DNA of 64,000 nt from Tubiluchus corallicola (GCA_030141605.1 JAQGDQ010000090.1:496001-560000), one strand, 5' to 3'; positions 1 through 13,860 are shown, counted from the first letter of the stretch. The notes: generated by a model not told the origin, from the letters alone. Made by a program: numbers and translations.

Positions 1-878
1 ACTTTTTAAGATTGGGTTCGGTTTTCATTTAATTTAAACTGCATTTTCTTTTATATTTCTGGACGGTGCCTTATTATTATCTTTCTATGAAGAAGGGTTG
101 AACAGGCGTTGTACAAGACGGACGTCCTGGCCAACGTACGTGTTCTATAACGCACTTGCGCATCAAGGAAAGTTCCACGATCTCGACCTAGGTTGTCCAG
201 AGATAGAACGTTGCAGAGCTCTTGGTGTTTTTGGTGTTCATAGACATGGATATGAACTCCCAAGGATTTAATAAACATCAGTATCACGTATCAAAGCAAG
301 TTACACCATATCACACTCTTCTGTATATGATATAAATACCTTGAAAGAACGGGCGTTTCATTTGGACATTTCGACATCTCGCTAAATAGACAAGTGCATG
401 CAATGGAGTGTTATTGCCTTTAAATTTTCTAGCAAATATGTCTTGTCAAGTGTGTACGTCCCCTGAGTCTAGGTCGTTTGATTTACATTATTATCCCGAT
501 CTATTGCTTGTGTTTATAGAGTGTCATCCATCGTGTCAAACGTATCGCATTCATGTCTCTGTAGTATCACACTAGCTGTGCATAGGAAACCAGCTGATTG
601 GCATGATACTACATTATTCAGCCTGTGCTCTCACTTCAACTTGTTCATTACATTATTTGTGCGTACTGCTGTTAATATTTGATAACTCCTGTAATTGCTT
701 AGAGGTAATGTCAATTAGCAGTTGATCGTTTAATATTTAATGGCTTAAAGTTATAGTATTTTGTAGTTAATTAGGGTGGCAGTGTTGCGTGACATTTCTG
801 TTTATTGTCTGTGTGAAATAGTTGGTTATCTTGCCTGTAGGTGACGTTCATTCTTTTGGGTAGTGGAAATATGCATGA

Positions 879-1028
879 TAGTTCCTTCCGGTTGTCTTGG
901 CGCCAAAAAGTGTCACCTAGTTCCTTCCAATTGTCTTGGCGCCAAAAAAGTGTCTCATAGTTACTTCTGGTTGCTTTGGAGCCAAAAAGCGTCTCATAGT
1001 TCCTTCCGGTTGTCTTGGCGCCAAAAAA
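879..1028. repeat. Minisatellite, 4 x ~39-40 bp (tagttccttccggttgtcttggcgccaaaaagtgtctca)
   Basis: Four near-identical head-to-tail units are directly visible. Confidence 0.9.
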
Positions 1029-2264
1029 TTGTTTGTTGTGTAGGCGTTAGCAGCACGTTTTTAATAAGAGAATATCGCGTTATTTTGTTACTCCTAAACG
1101 TCTACTAGTTAAGCTATTAAATGCCAATTGAGTGATATGAAATGACATGATTTCATATCAATGGCTTCTTAAACTCACTAACACGATAGTGGTAAAGGGG
1201 TTTCAGTCTGAACTACCGGTACTTTTAGGGGTGACAACTAGTTTGGTAACCATGCAGAGTGGCCCGCCCAAGCGCCTACGCTACAATATTTAAGATCTTC
1301 CCTGTCAGCAAAAACATAGCTCTGTAGATTTTGTATCCTCTTAATTACTATGGATTCGGCCGTTGATGATACAATAATTCTATAACTGTGATGTAGTAAG
1401 TAACGCAAAATATTCCTCAAAAAATATTATGGTGTCTAATGTCTAACCTCGTACTGCAGGCATCGATTAAATGTTTGTTCCCTCTAACATAAACATTGTA
1501 CCATGTATCTATAATTGTTTGTCGTTATAAATCTGTTTACATGCATATTTGGAAGGTCTAGTGCAGCAAAACAAACAATTTTGCAAAAATCAGGGACTTT
1601 AAATTGTAAGTAAATGCATCTGGGAAATTTTGCCATTTCTGGCGAAGAGGGATAAACTATGTTGCCTCTAGAATTCCTTCCCAGCTTTGAAAAATAGACT
1701 TTTGTTTCCTTTTAACGCAGTTCTCTCATCATTTCTCTGTGTACACACGATTGATCTAATAAGCTCTTTGCCTGTAATAGACATCCACTGATTTCACGTG
1801 AATCAAACAGGAACCTGCAACCGATCAAGTTTTCGCTGCTGTAATCGAATACAACGTATTCCAATATCGTCATTTCAAAGTCAGAGGTATCCAAATATTG
1901 AATTCAGTTATGCCAGCTTTGCGAAACTGTTTTACTCCTATCGAAAATCGATGAGTTTTACCCGGCGAGAAACGCGATGGAGATATTTCGTGAATCTCGT
2001 GAAAACTTACATTCAGTCGCGCGTGTCGAGTAGCGATGTTCGGTTGATTATCTGTGGACACCAAGAACTTTAAGTTTCTATGCTGTGCGTATTCTCAACA
2101 AGCGCGTACGTGCCAAGCAATTTTCACATTTATGCTGTGCATGCACTCAAAGAATGTCTTAACTTTGTATTTGATTTGAGTTCCTGACAAGGTTTTCTTG
2201 TTTTTTTCTTTCTTTCTTTCTGACTTTCCCCTTTCTTTTCTTCCTTGCTTACCTTCCGACTACA

Positions 2265-2618
2265 TACCTGCCTACTACCTACCTACCTACCAACCGACCT
2301 ATCTACCTACCTGCCTACTTTCTTACCTGCCTGCCTGCCTACCTACTTACCTATCTATCTACCTACCTACCTACCTACCTACCTACCTACCTACCTACCT
2401 ACCTACCTACCTACCTACCTACCTACCTACCTACCTCTCTCCCTACCTACCTACCTACCTACCCACCTACCTACCTACCTACCTACCTACCTACCTACCT
2501 ACCTACCTACCTACCTACCTACCTACCTACCTACCTACCTACCTCTCTCCCTCCCTACCTACCTACCTGCCTACCTATCTAGCTAGCTACCTATCTACGT
2601 ACCTACCTACCTACCCAT
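2265..2618. repeat. (CCTA)n microsatellite
   Basis: Long ACCT tetranucleotide array; explains the LPTY ORFs. Confidence 0.97.
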
Positions 2619-5522
2619 GTACCACAGTCCGGCCTTCTTGCCTCCTACTTGCGTAAATACCTACACATCTGCTTACCTACCTTCCTACTTAACTTACCAC
2701 ACGTAGGTTTTCATATACAGTACTGATTGGTTAGCCAAGGCCCATAAAGACTTATAAAATAATGAAGTCAAGTAAGCTTCGTTATTTACTAATTTATAAT
2801 TTATAAGACAAGTTGCGGGAAACCATGCCAGTGAAACATTTTCTCCTAATTAATTAGCCGATAATTAATTTAGCGCCACGAGTTTGATAAGTTTATGGTT
2901 CCCCAATAATTTTATCACCTTAAGCATCCTTGTTTACTCACTGAAACGTATAGAATAGGTTTACAAACGTAATTATGTCCAGTGGCTCGTCTATATGCTT
3001 TCTTGAAAGCTCTATCTCGCACTGGCTTACAGGACAAGAAAAGGGGTATCTGAAAGTTTCAGAAAAATTGCGTTAAAATTATATTACTTTATAACAATTT
3101 TATGCGGATGTCGTACTCGTGTTAAAAGGATTTTTTGTTTGTTTTCATTTTAAATCTCCCGGCGATAATGTTTCAACCGTGCCATTACATTACGTCTCCT
3201 ACGCACAACGTACGTTAGGGGAAGAAAAGACAATGTGAAACATGTCCCAAAAAACTTTCCATTTCGCTTATCTACTTGAAAGAGTTATGTAGCTAGAAAT
3301 AATTTAAAATGTTCTCACCAATCGGTAAAAAAATTGTTGACTCTCCTCCACAGTGCACGACTCACTGACCAAAAAACTTATTTTTAATCTGATTGACAAG
3401 ATACTGACAAGATACGGTAATTTAAAATTTCGCTTAGATAGTGAAGTGTGTGCTATTGTTTGCTTTTTCTGTTTATTTTTTCGAACTTTACGCAATGTTA
3501 TCTAAATTTATTTCAAATGATTTATCGTCAAAGTGGTAGCGTCTAACGGTCATCGCGGGAGTTTGTACAGCGTAAGTTGAGCAACTGCGAACGTTAGCTC
3601 TGTGTACAATAAGACAGCATGTAAGTAGTATAAAATTTCAAGATGAACTTTTCAAGCTTGATGCCAGTAAAGTGTTTTCTTGTGCTTTAATTTCGATAAA
3701 TAAATCGGTGATATTCTTTGGGATAGGTTACAAGTATTCACGTAAGCTGTGCAGCAGTCTCAGGTAAAACGACTTAAATTTTCAACAGGCTTTATCATTA
3801 CAGTCATCAGCCTTTGCATCTACTGCTTTATGCTATCTTATAAAGCACAGCTTGAAGCGGATCGCAAAAGTTAACCTATCAAACATGCGTGAACTTGTGA
3901 CATGATAACTTAACTAACTGATTACAGTAAGCTAATAGTCTCTCTTCAAATTTAATTAATTGAACATTTTGATTAATATATGACATGACAAGCTCATTTT
4001 GATATCTACTCAACCCATTTCAAATAAATCAAATTTTAACTTCTCACAGTTCACTTCCCCTCCTTAAATTAAAAGAACTTTTTTACTTTTTGTTCTGCAC
4101 AGAATTTCTTAATCCTTAATTTCCAGTGGATCCGTTGCATAGAACACTAGTCCTACCTATATTATTATCTGGCCTGTCATGGAAAATGGAGGTGATAGCA
4201 ACAAATGAATTACTGAAATTGTCGTATTCCACACTGCCTGGTTAGGGGCGAACTGAAATTTCCTTTTCAACTTTTTGTAAAGGATTTAGTTAACCTGGCC
4301 ACAGACAGGAATACCGGTTGGTGGTATGATTCTCTGTAACAAATACTCAGAGAGCCAACTTAAACTTTAATGTAAGATAGTGTTGGCGGCTAGTAAACCT
4401 GTAGTGAAAAACCAATAATTTAATCATCCGTGCGCAGAAACCTGTTATGCTCACCTGAAATGGTTACTGTCTTCAGTGTCGAGAGAGAAGTTGAGAATTT
4501 TGGTTCCAAACCAGAAAATTTGCCACGGATTTTTCTCAGCTTGCATCCATCAGCAGGAACCGTTAGAAGAAATTTGTTTATATAGCTGTCAAATGAAATC
4601 CAACTGTACCACAAAATGGTACTGTACAATAAACAAGCATCGAATAAAACCCGTCTGTACGCCAAAGTCATGTTATACAATAAACAGTAAGCGTTGAACA
4701 AAATCATAAATGTGACGACAAAGTGGTACTGTAGAAGCACTATAAGCAGTATTGAACCCAGGAAAGTTTTGTGTCTCAATATAGGCTAGACAAATGCTAC
4801 ATTAATTTTATTGCTGCAGTGCTACCTCCTCATAATAATTATGATTAATTTCTTAATTGATTTCAAGGATTGTTAGAGATATTATTCCTATATATGACCT
4901 GGATTATTCTACGGCTTGTTTTTCCCTAATATAATTTCAGTGATACGAGAATCATGTTATCGTATCATCTCTCGACTTCTGATTTTCAAGCTCTAAATCT
5001 TTAACAAGTGTAATCCTTCTAGTAGAGTGCCCTAATTTGACGTGGTTTCAATTTTTCATAGTTTCTTGCTGATTTTTCCAAGTGGTTACTTCCACGTACG
5101 AAGATTGATTGGTTATTGATTGGAGGCTGTTTTGCTCCATGTGAAATGCTGCATGGAGAAAACTGAATGAAAGCAGGTAAAAAGCAGTTACTATACTGTA
5201 TAATGTTTTCTTTTACTGAAATCCTTAGTTGCTTGAATAAGAATAAAATTAAATCACACAAATGAGAATAATGCATTTGACAACTGCATGTACATACATG
5301 CAACGTTTACTGCTTGTCTTTATGGACTCATTATTGTAATAGTGTGGTAAATAGACTGCGTATTGCATACAGCTATGGTATTAGAAAATTGTTTCGCTTA
5401 AAAGTACGATTGCAGTGCTTCTGGTATGTGTCTGAACCTGTCTCTACTCCATTTTAGTCACATTCGCATAAGATCGTGTTATAGTATTCGTAACAGGTTA
5501 TTACTGCACACTGCCAGTTATA

Positions 5523-5917
5523 TTATAACTGCTATTATTAGCTCATATAGACTTGTCAGCGCTAACTTTTCTGTGAAATGGAATGAAATGTTACATACTT
5601 AATGACCTATATATATTATCAGCTTTGCTTCCATGGTCTCCAGCGCTAAAATTAATATTTCTTTCTGTACTTGCTTTAAGAATTACTATTAATTTATGTA
5701 CTTTGTGTTGTAAATGCACCTGTTGCTTATCTTGCGAAATAAAGTTAATTGAATTGAAATTAAAATCGTTTCTAAAATTTATTTTGCTCTTAATTTACTA
5801 ACCCTGTATTAAGATTTAACCATGTATTTTTTATTTCGTTGTATTTTATTTCATTTTAGCACTATATTTGCATTTTGTATGGTTACTGGAATAAAAATTT
5901 GAAGGAATTGAATTGAC
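5523..5917 (+). mobile_element. Retroposon 3'-end fragment (AATAAA + (ATTGA)n tail), with a ~170 bp second tail-bearing insert at ~5601-5768
   Basis: Reverse complement of 6327-6568 apart from the insert. Ends ggaataaaaatttgaaggaattgaattga. Confidence 0.65.
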
Positions 5918-6326
5918 AAGGAGTCGCATTAGTATACGCAATACAGAAGCTTGTACAAATGTGGATCCTTATATTTAGTTTTAATTTTGAAATGAATTAT
6001 TTTAGTAACAAGTAATTGAATTTTATTCACTTTCATAACTAAGGATATCGATTAATAATGAATTATGAAATACATTCACAGTCATTAAATTTCTGAAATC
6101 AAATTTGACAACAAGGGTAAGAAAGTGGCCAGGATTTGAGCCAAGTGCTTATAGCTTGCAAGTTGAATGCATTGATCTTTATGTTACAGCCCCCGTGATC
6201 GACACACCATCGCATCATGCATTGCACTTGTAAGGCAAAGATCCTTAGTTCAAGGCCAGGTTCAGTCCCAAATTTTTCCCATGTTTCTCTTTTTTCAGTA
6301 AAAAAACTGGTTTCCAAAATTAAGTT

Positions 6327-6568
6327 GATTCATTCAATCCAATTTAATTCAAATGTTTATTCCAGTAACTAAGACCATATCATATAAAATACAAGTACAG
6401 TACTAAAACCAAATAAAATACAATGAAATAAAAATACATGATTAAATGTAAATACAGAGTTAGTAAATTAAGAGCTAAATAAATTTTGGAAATTAATTAT
6501 GTAATATTTCATTTCATTTCACAAAAAGCAAGAGCTGACAAGTCTGAGTTAGCAATAGCAGTTATTAT
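6327..6568 (-). mobile_element. Retroposon 3'-end fragment, same family as 5523-5917
   Basis: Inverted copy. A third partial copy lies at ~14040-14135. Confidence 0.65.
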
Positions 6569-7537
6569 GGAGCCAGTCCCATGATTAATAGTTAATCCTG
6601 AAATTAAGATTATAACTAAATAATTGATACCCTCAGCATAAAGAGTGAACAACTCATTTTCAGTAGCTTATATCACTCGATTTCGTATTATAAATCTGCA
6701 AATGCATAACTCTATCTCATACGAATTTGACATCATAATAATGAAACGAGGCTGAGTCTTCTGGCGAATATCAGCAGTTTGTTCTACAATCGTCCTATAC
6801 TAGGATTACTTTTTAAATTGATTTATAAATTAGTCCAATTACTTGGTTTATAAATTAGCCCAATTATAGTTTCTAACTATTGTTTCATACCGTATCAAGA
6901 AATGCGTAAGATATTATACTTGAAAGAATCAATAAAGTAATGCTTTTGTTCAGAATGATTTACTTAGAATTGACAAATAATTTTGGTCTAAATTTGCTCA
7001 ATTTGCTTAGAGATGTTGTCGTACAAGACATGAACATAAAATGTGGATTAGCGTGGATTAGTAGGAGTATGCTACTATGATGCACAAAAAATATGTGTTG
7101 CCGTAGACTAAATTCCAGAGTGCAAAAAAGCTTATAGGTACTTATATATATTATATTATATATATTATAGATATATTGTATAAGTATATATATTATGTAT
7201 TATAGGAAAGTTTATAGGTATTATTAAATGACAAAGAAAACTCGCTGCAGAAAACTGGGACATTTTTGTCATTTGATTTTACTAGAAACCGATGGTCTGA
7301 CTTGGCTAACTGCCGTCCTGCCGCTGATTAGCTCACTACTACTCACTTCTTTCCCGTTCAGTGATCCAGTGCAATCAACTTAGACAAACAAAAAGAACAG
7401 TTTTTCGCTTAAATGTAAATAAGAAATCATGTTTCACTAAAATATAAATCTTTTGTCGCCCCGGCTCTATGTCGCTCCTTCATGTTCTCCTGTCTCGTTC
7501 TATCTATTCCTTGCTCTTCCCTGCTCGCTGCTCCCCC

Positions 7538-7698
<161 letters not shown>

Positions 7699-8464
7699 CT
7701 TTCTCGTTTAGTCTCTTTTCTATGGTGAATTGCTAGGTGGTTGGATGGCTGCTTGCTAGATGGATGAGTGAAGCTGGGATGGATAATTGAGTCGGCTAGT
7801 TAGCGGATGCGTAAGTGAATTACACGTGAAGGAGATGTACGTGATTTTACAAGTTTATCTGTATGCAACAGTCGTAACAAAGAAACTTACAAAACCACAA
7901 ACTTCCTAGCTTGTTCTTCACTACCAACTATGAAACACAGTACGTCCCGGGAAATGATGAAAAATGAGGACGTTCGGCCTCTTTCTGTGTGCTTCAATGT
8001 ATTAACTACCGACGCAGCTTGATTTGAACTAAGCCTACACTAACACCCTGTCATCCGATTACACTGGTTTCAAATTACTGGACAAGTAGCTTTAATGAAG
8101 TGTTGCACCACCAGGAGGCTCGGTGTTCTCAAATAAGGAGCTGTTAATAATTTTCTTGTCAATACTTGAGTGCTTTGCTTTTGGTCTATGGTTCATGAAA
8201 CCAGAACTACTGCAGTATTGTTTTAGCGGCATCCACTGTGAAATAATACAACAGTAGTTTTTGTGTCCATTCACATTTTGTAGCTGGTTAAATAACACCT
8301 ACTGACATTATAGATAAAAAAACTGACATTCTGTACATGTCTGAAACTTGTCGAATCTTCATAGCTGGTGTTATATTTACGCGTTAGTACACGGATTGCT
8401 GACTTCCTGTGTGAACTGGTAAAGGCAAATGCTGCATAATCTATTCCTGCGGGATTGTTTTTGT

Positions 8465-8777
8465 CGTTGTTGTTTTGTTACTGCTGCTGTTGATGCTTCG
8501 GTTATTGTTACTGCTGCTCTTACTGCTACCGTAGCCGTTACTTTTACCATTACTATTACATTACCATTACTGGTTGCCTTTATTGCCATCGAAATTACTA
8601 ATACTATTACGCTTACTATTACTGTTACTGTTACTGTTACTGTTACTGTTACTGTTACTGTTGCTATCACTACCACTACCACTATCGCTATTACTATAAC
8701 TATCCTCATTGCTGTTTCTGTTGCTATCGTCATCATCGTCATCATCAGCAGCAGCAGCAGCAACAGCAGCATCAGCA
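8465..8777. repeat. Compound low-complexity tract incl. (TTACTG)n and (CAG)n
   Basis: Directly visible; explains the TVTV ORFs on both strands. Confidence 0.9.
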
Positions 8778-10141
8778 TAAAATTGTAAAATTGTGCTTAA
8801 CTTAAGCGGCTTGACTTGAAATAGGCAAAAACCAAACTGAGTAAATTATTGGCCAAACTGAGTGTCCAGTTGAGTAACAATTGATGGTGAGATCTGGCTG
8901 AGGTCATTTGATGTTGCAAGTTTAAAGTTAAAATGACGCGTACTGCTTATTTTATATATATTTTTACTCAGCTGGGTGCTAACCAACGATCGCTTGACCA
9001 AGTTGCTGAATTTGCTGCTTTGGTTCATACGTTTTGGAGCGAATCTGTCCGAGTTATCCAAATTGTTGTAAGCGGGCGGGTCTTCGTAATTTGCTGCCGG
9101 TGATAACAGATAATCAGTTTAATCCATCAAGCTCCCGCAGTTTTCTAATCACACAAATCATGTGCAGAGCCTGATGCTGGATGATTTGAATTCGGTGGCT
9201 TGCTTCTAACGTAGAACGTTGCGTTTATCAACAAGTTAGCATCCTTTACTTAGATGCGGGACTTACTTGTGCTTCATTTAGCTTACAGCAGTTGTAATTT
9301 TAATTTAATTTGTCATCATTAACAAACGAAATTACGGAGAATTAATATTAGTGCCGCTATACAATTGAAATGAATTGAATTAAAGTTTATCTTTCAATTG
9401 TATGGGACATCATCTCTCTAATCATCTATGCTATCCTTAAAAAGGAACAGCCTCTTCTAGTTCCTACATTTTAGAAGTAACATTAGATTAAACAAAGTGG
9501 CATTGAAGTTAAAAAGAGCGTTAACTATGTTAGCTAATTTTGCGGGTATATCATATATTTACTTGTAATTGCGGAGGATACAGCGGCACTAACGACTGCA
9601 CATTTCTCCATAATTCGCACGGAAAATGAAATTTAGTAAAAATGTGAGTTGTAATATGAAAACTTGCAAACTAGTTGCTTTCTTTATTTGCATTAAAATT
9701 CATTAAAAAAGCTTACTAGGCTTTGAGCATACTGCAACGTATTTCTCACTTTAAAAAATTTCATAGCTGGAAATCATTGTGGATAGGGGGGGGGGGGGGA
9801 TGCCGTGTGATGTAAGGTGATGTATAAATTTCGAAGACACCAACACTTGTTCAGCGGCTCATTTTAGAGGATTACCTTAGACTTAGAGATTAATATTTGA
9901 TGATGATGTGAATACTGGTCCTGTCATTATAAGAAGCCCCTGTTGTTAAGTGATGAATCTAGCTTCCTAAGCTATTGACTGTGTAAAAAACTAGTTTCTC
10001 AAGTAGTAAAGCACATTTTGTTTAGGTTCATGTGTGTTTTCTACGTACTTTTACTGTTTGTCACACTGTCACATGTGCAATCATTTTCGCCCTGTAAATT
10101 CTGTGTGATGGGCAGAGAAACAGCACAGAGAGCTGCTGAAT

Positions 10142-10222
10142 GAGAGGGAAGAGAGAGAGGGAGAGATAGAGAGAGGGAGAAAGAGAACAAGAGAGGGAGA
10201 GAGAGAAAGAGAGAGAGAGAGA

Positions 10223-10277
<55 letters not shown>
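10142..10277. repeat. (GA)n microsatellite
   Basis: Directly visible. Confidence 0.97.
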
Positions 10278-10279
<2 letters not shown>

Positions 10280-10384
10280 GCGACGACATTTGATAAATGT
10301 TCAAGACGAAGCGACTTTCCATAACATTATTGGTAAATCGATCCGCAATCCTAAGACAACGAGCATTTAATAGTTAATTTGCAG

Positions 10385-10572
10385 CGCTGTCACTGTATAT
10401 GTTCGATTTCAGATTCTTGGCAATCTCGTCTCTTTGTGTGCAGCCGTTTTCGATTTGCGCTTTATCTTTCTTCCCTTCTTTCTCTGCGTTCCTTTGCCTG
10501 GAGTATTTGCTTTATCTGTGACGACTGCATTCACTTTAACTTGAAGCCAAGTTCTTTTAATGAGTGAAATTC
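10385..10572 (+). other. Candidate non-coding 5'UTR exon of the RGS gene
   Basis: CpG-containing unique sequence between GA and CT tracts, ending at TC|GTAAGT. Possible acceptors at 10384 and 10412. The exon at 13658 needs an upstream donor. Confidence 0.3.
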
Positions 10573-10705
10573 GTAAGTTGAATTAACTGTCGCTTAAGAA
10601 GAAAAACTTCAAAGCAAATTTGGTCTTGTTTTGGATAATATTTGTTTGTAGCATAGTAAAACATACACTGTTCTGTGCAATGCGTCAAGTTCAAGCAAGG
10701 TTAAT

Positions 10706-10708
10706 CTC

Positions 10709-10767
<59 letters not shown>

Positions 10768-10873
10768 CTCTCTCTCTCTCTCTCTCTCTCCCTCGCTCTC
10801 TCGCTCTCGTTCTCTCTCTCTCTCTCTCTCTCTCTCGCTCTCGCTCTCGTTCTCGTTCTCTCTCTCTCTCTCT

Positions 10874-10911
<38 letters not shown>

Positions 10912-10925
10912 CCCTCACTCTCTTT
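10706..10925. repeat. (CT)n microsatellite
   Basis: Directly visible. Confidence 0.97.
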
Positions 10926-13717
10926 CTTACCAGTTGTCTGTCTTTCTCTCTTCCCCCCTCTCTCTCCTGCTTGCCCCTTCCGCTCTTTCTCTTTGTGTCT
11001 CCCTCATAAATTGTAATGCTTTTAGCTTCATTAACCCATAACTCCAATGAGATGTAAACGACCTATTGCAGCTATTCTTTTACATAATGTAGCATTTTTA
11101 TTACTCCATTTTTACGCAGATTTTATTAATCAAAATTTTATTAAACCGCATATAAAGAGATCTTTTTGTAACTGCAATGGCTGTTTATATGATTTGTATT
11201 TATATTTTATTTTGAACGAAATTAATCGAACTTCAACGCAGAAAGTAAAATTTAGCAGAGAGGTAAACATGCATATCACAAAATACACTTTGTAAATAAA
11301 CTAAGAAGGCGAAGTTCTGGTGCTGTAATCTTAAGAAAAGTGTAAACTAAAATTGACCAGAACTTGTTCTTGTTCTACTTCTAAACAATTGACAAGCATT
11401 ATTGGAATGAAGATAAACTCACCAAAATTGTCATGGCACTGATGGCAGTGTAAGTAACTATTATTTTTTTCGTAGTTGCACTAGGTTTCCACAGGAAGAT
11501 TTCCACATTTAGGAGCGGTAATTGCAGTTAACATATACTGATTAATGTTGGTGACATTTTTAAAATCTAAAGCTCGACGCTTAGCAGCAGCACTTTTATT
11601 TATCGGCGAGATCTTTATTTCTCTGTAGAAGGGTGAAGCGTTCGCTTTTTTGAAAACCAGAACTCATTTGAGTTTTTCGTGGTATTATTCGTTTCGTTTT
11701 ATATATTTGTATTTAGTAGGTAATTACTGTTCACTTCAGGTTTCTCTTGTGCAGTTACCTATATTGCAAACCAACCTCATATAAGTAACGCATGGGCAAA
11801 AATAATTAGTATCATTGTGCCATTGTGTTATACTTAGTTTATACATCTGGTCTTCACATAAAGCTTTATTAACTGATTGTAAAGTCTAAACTGATAACAG
11901 TAAAATCTAATTGGAACTGTTTATAGTAAACAGATAATAAACTTGGCTGTAGCTCATCTGTTTGCAGCACACCGGAAACACTTTGTGAATGAGCAGAGAA
12001 ATGTGCGTCTTCTTCTTCGTCTTCTTCTTCCTCTTGTTCTTTAGATATAATCAATCCACTTGAGCGCGTGTACGAATCTGCAAACACATCAAATGTTGGA
12101 TTAGCGAATCGCCCTGGAATTCTGATTTTCTGTAGGTCCGCTTGTCCATATAGGCCTAATTTGTCTCCACGCTGTGTAGGCTGTATTGATCTTGGCGTGG
12201 ATACTTGTAAAGGCAGCAAACATGAGATTATTTGTATTTATACGCAGTCATATATGAAATGCCTGGGATTTGCCATGGTTCGCGATTTGTATGCGAGCTT
12301 TACTAGCATTATTATACGGAGATTTGTAGTGGTTTCCCAGCTATAATTTTCTTGCAAAATTTGGCTTTCAGACATGTAAGACAGTAAGAATTTGACTGTA
12401 TGTTGCTTTGTACACGGTGTTCCAAAAGAAACAGTACACTAAGAAGTGCTGCAGGCACACCCATATTAAACCATACAGAATCCACTAAGTGCTGTTGAAT
12501 TTGTACTGGAATGTGCAAAAGTAAAATTATTGTAGTATAATCTATTACTGTATTACTTACCACACAGTCGCATATTTCTGATTTGATCAGCATGTTTCAT
12601 CCTATTTGTAATGTTCTGTTTCTTACATACTGTCTAGATGACAAGCAAATGTTAATTAAAGATGAACACAGAATTAAAATCAAATGCATGTAAAATACAA
12701 ACAATCGATCACTTTATTTTAATTGTTCTAAAAGACTATTTAGACGATCAGTTTTTTCGTCAAACTTGTTTGTCGGTTTTAGTTTGACAAACTATTTTGA
12801 TCATGTAAGCAGCGAATCTGATATACTTTTTCTTTGATTAAAAGAGTTTGATGATATCAAACCATCTTGACTTCATAAAACAAGAGCTGATAAACTCATC
12901 ATCATTATTTTATAGCAGATCTTAAACTGGTAGCGGATTACAAACTTTGGCAGATCTTGTATCGTATCTCTGTGATTTTCTTACTTGAGTTATGCCTTAT
13001 TGTCAGATGGTCGAGGAATTTTATATTGTATTATATCATCTCTATGTTTAGCATATTTTACTGCCATATTTCGTGTTAGCTTCCTGTATAAGAATTTTTT
13101 AATATCAAATAAAAAATAAAGAAAGAAGACGAGCAAGATATAAAAGATTTATTGAAGGAACTGACATTGATTTTCCATTTTCCATTTTTTATTATCGAAA
13201 TTATTATTTTATTCAGAACTGTTATTAAATAACGTAAGTAATAATATTTTTACTACCTTTTGAGAAACGTTCAGCATTTGAAATATTTATAAAAAGTGAA
13301 CATCTGCCCGCTTCGCACACGCATTTTTACGTTAAATGTTTCTGTTGCACATGAAATTTTTTCTAAGCATGCTATCAAGCTGTGCGAACCACAGAATTAT
13401 TATGCGTGGCATATGTTACATACACGAAGTCTTTAAGAGAAACTAAGTAACTGCAAAACATTTATCGAATGCAACAATAATTGTTCAGCATAACAAATAG
13501 GCACACCGGGGACGGGGAATCCTAACAATATTACTGGTTTTATCATTCGATTGCTAGATTGATAATCAATGTTCCGCGATGCCCAGGAAAATTTTGAGCT
13601 AAGCTGGTTTTAAAACTGAAGTCTTTTTTGCTAATTTCGATTTTCGTTCTATTTCAGCACGACTTGTTCCACGGCAGTACAGGTGGTTTATGAGGTGCTT
13701 TGTGTTGGTGCATCACA

Positions 13718-13860
13718 ATGAGAAGCACTAACTCACCGCCCTCTAGCGGGACTCGGGATGGAAATCCACCCGGCTCTCCAGGAAACCAACCGGGTTCTCC
13801 GTGTAGTCGACCGTCCCGAACACCCGTCTACTTCTCTTGGTGCTGCTGTACATGTTCAAG
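13718..13860 (+). CDS. RGS17/19/20: RGS first coding exon (MRSTNSPPSSGTRDGNPPGSPGNQPGSPCSRPSRTPVYFSWCCCTCS); the exon starts at 13658 with 5'UTR
   Basis: Acceptor ttctatttcag at 13657, in-frame TGA at 13691 upstream of cacaATGa at 13718, WCCCTCS cysteine cluster, donor AAG|GTGAGT at 13860/13861 (phase 2). Confidence 0.85.

Noticed and set aside
38-271. Stop-free + strand frame ending ...HRHGYELPRI*, a possible terminal exon
   Set aside because: No suitable splice acceptor and no recognisable homology.
879-1028. Regularly spaced ~39-bp repeats resembling a CRISPR array
   Set aside because: The units are contiguous with no unique spacers, there are no cas genes, and the context is eukaryotic; this is a minisatellite. 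The same applies to 43130-44180 and 49274-49985.
2198-2656. ORFs of LPTY repeats (and the SLSL, ERER, TVTV, NDND, IMIM ORFs elsewhere)
   Set aside because: Translation artefacts of microsatellites.
1750-3626. CpG-rich stretch with an Inr-like TTCAGTCG (~2012) and GTAAGT donors at 3572 and 3621 as possible distal RGS first exons
   Set aside because: Plausible, but boundaries cannot be supported from sequence alone.
11869-12219. Minus-strand 116-aa ORF with an acidic EEEEDEEED run
   Set aside because: The acidic run comes from a short (TCT)n tract, the start is not ATG, and no domain was recognised.
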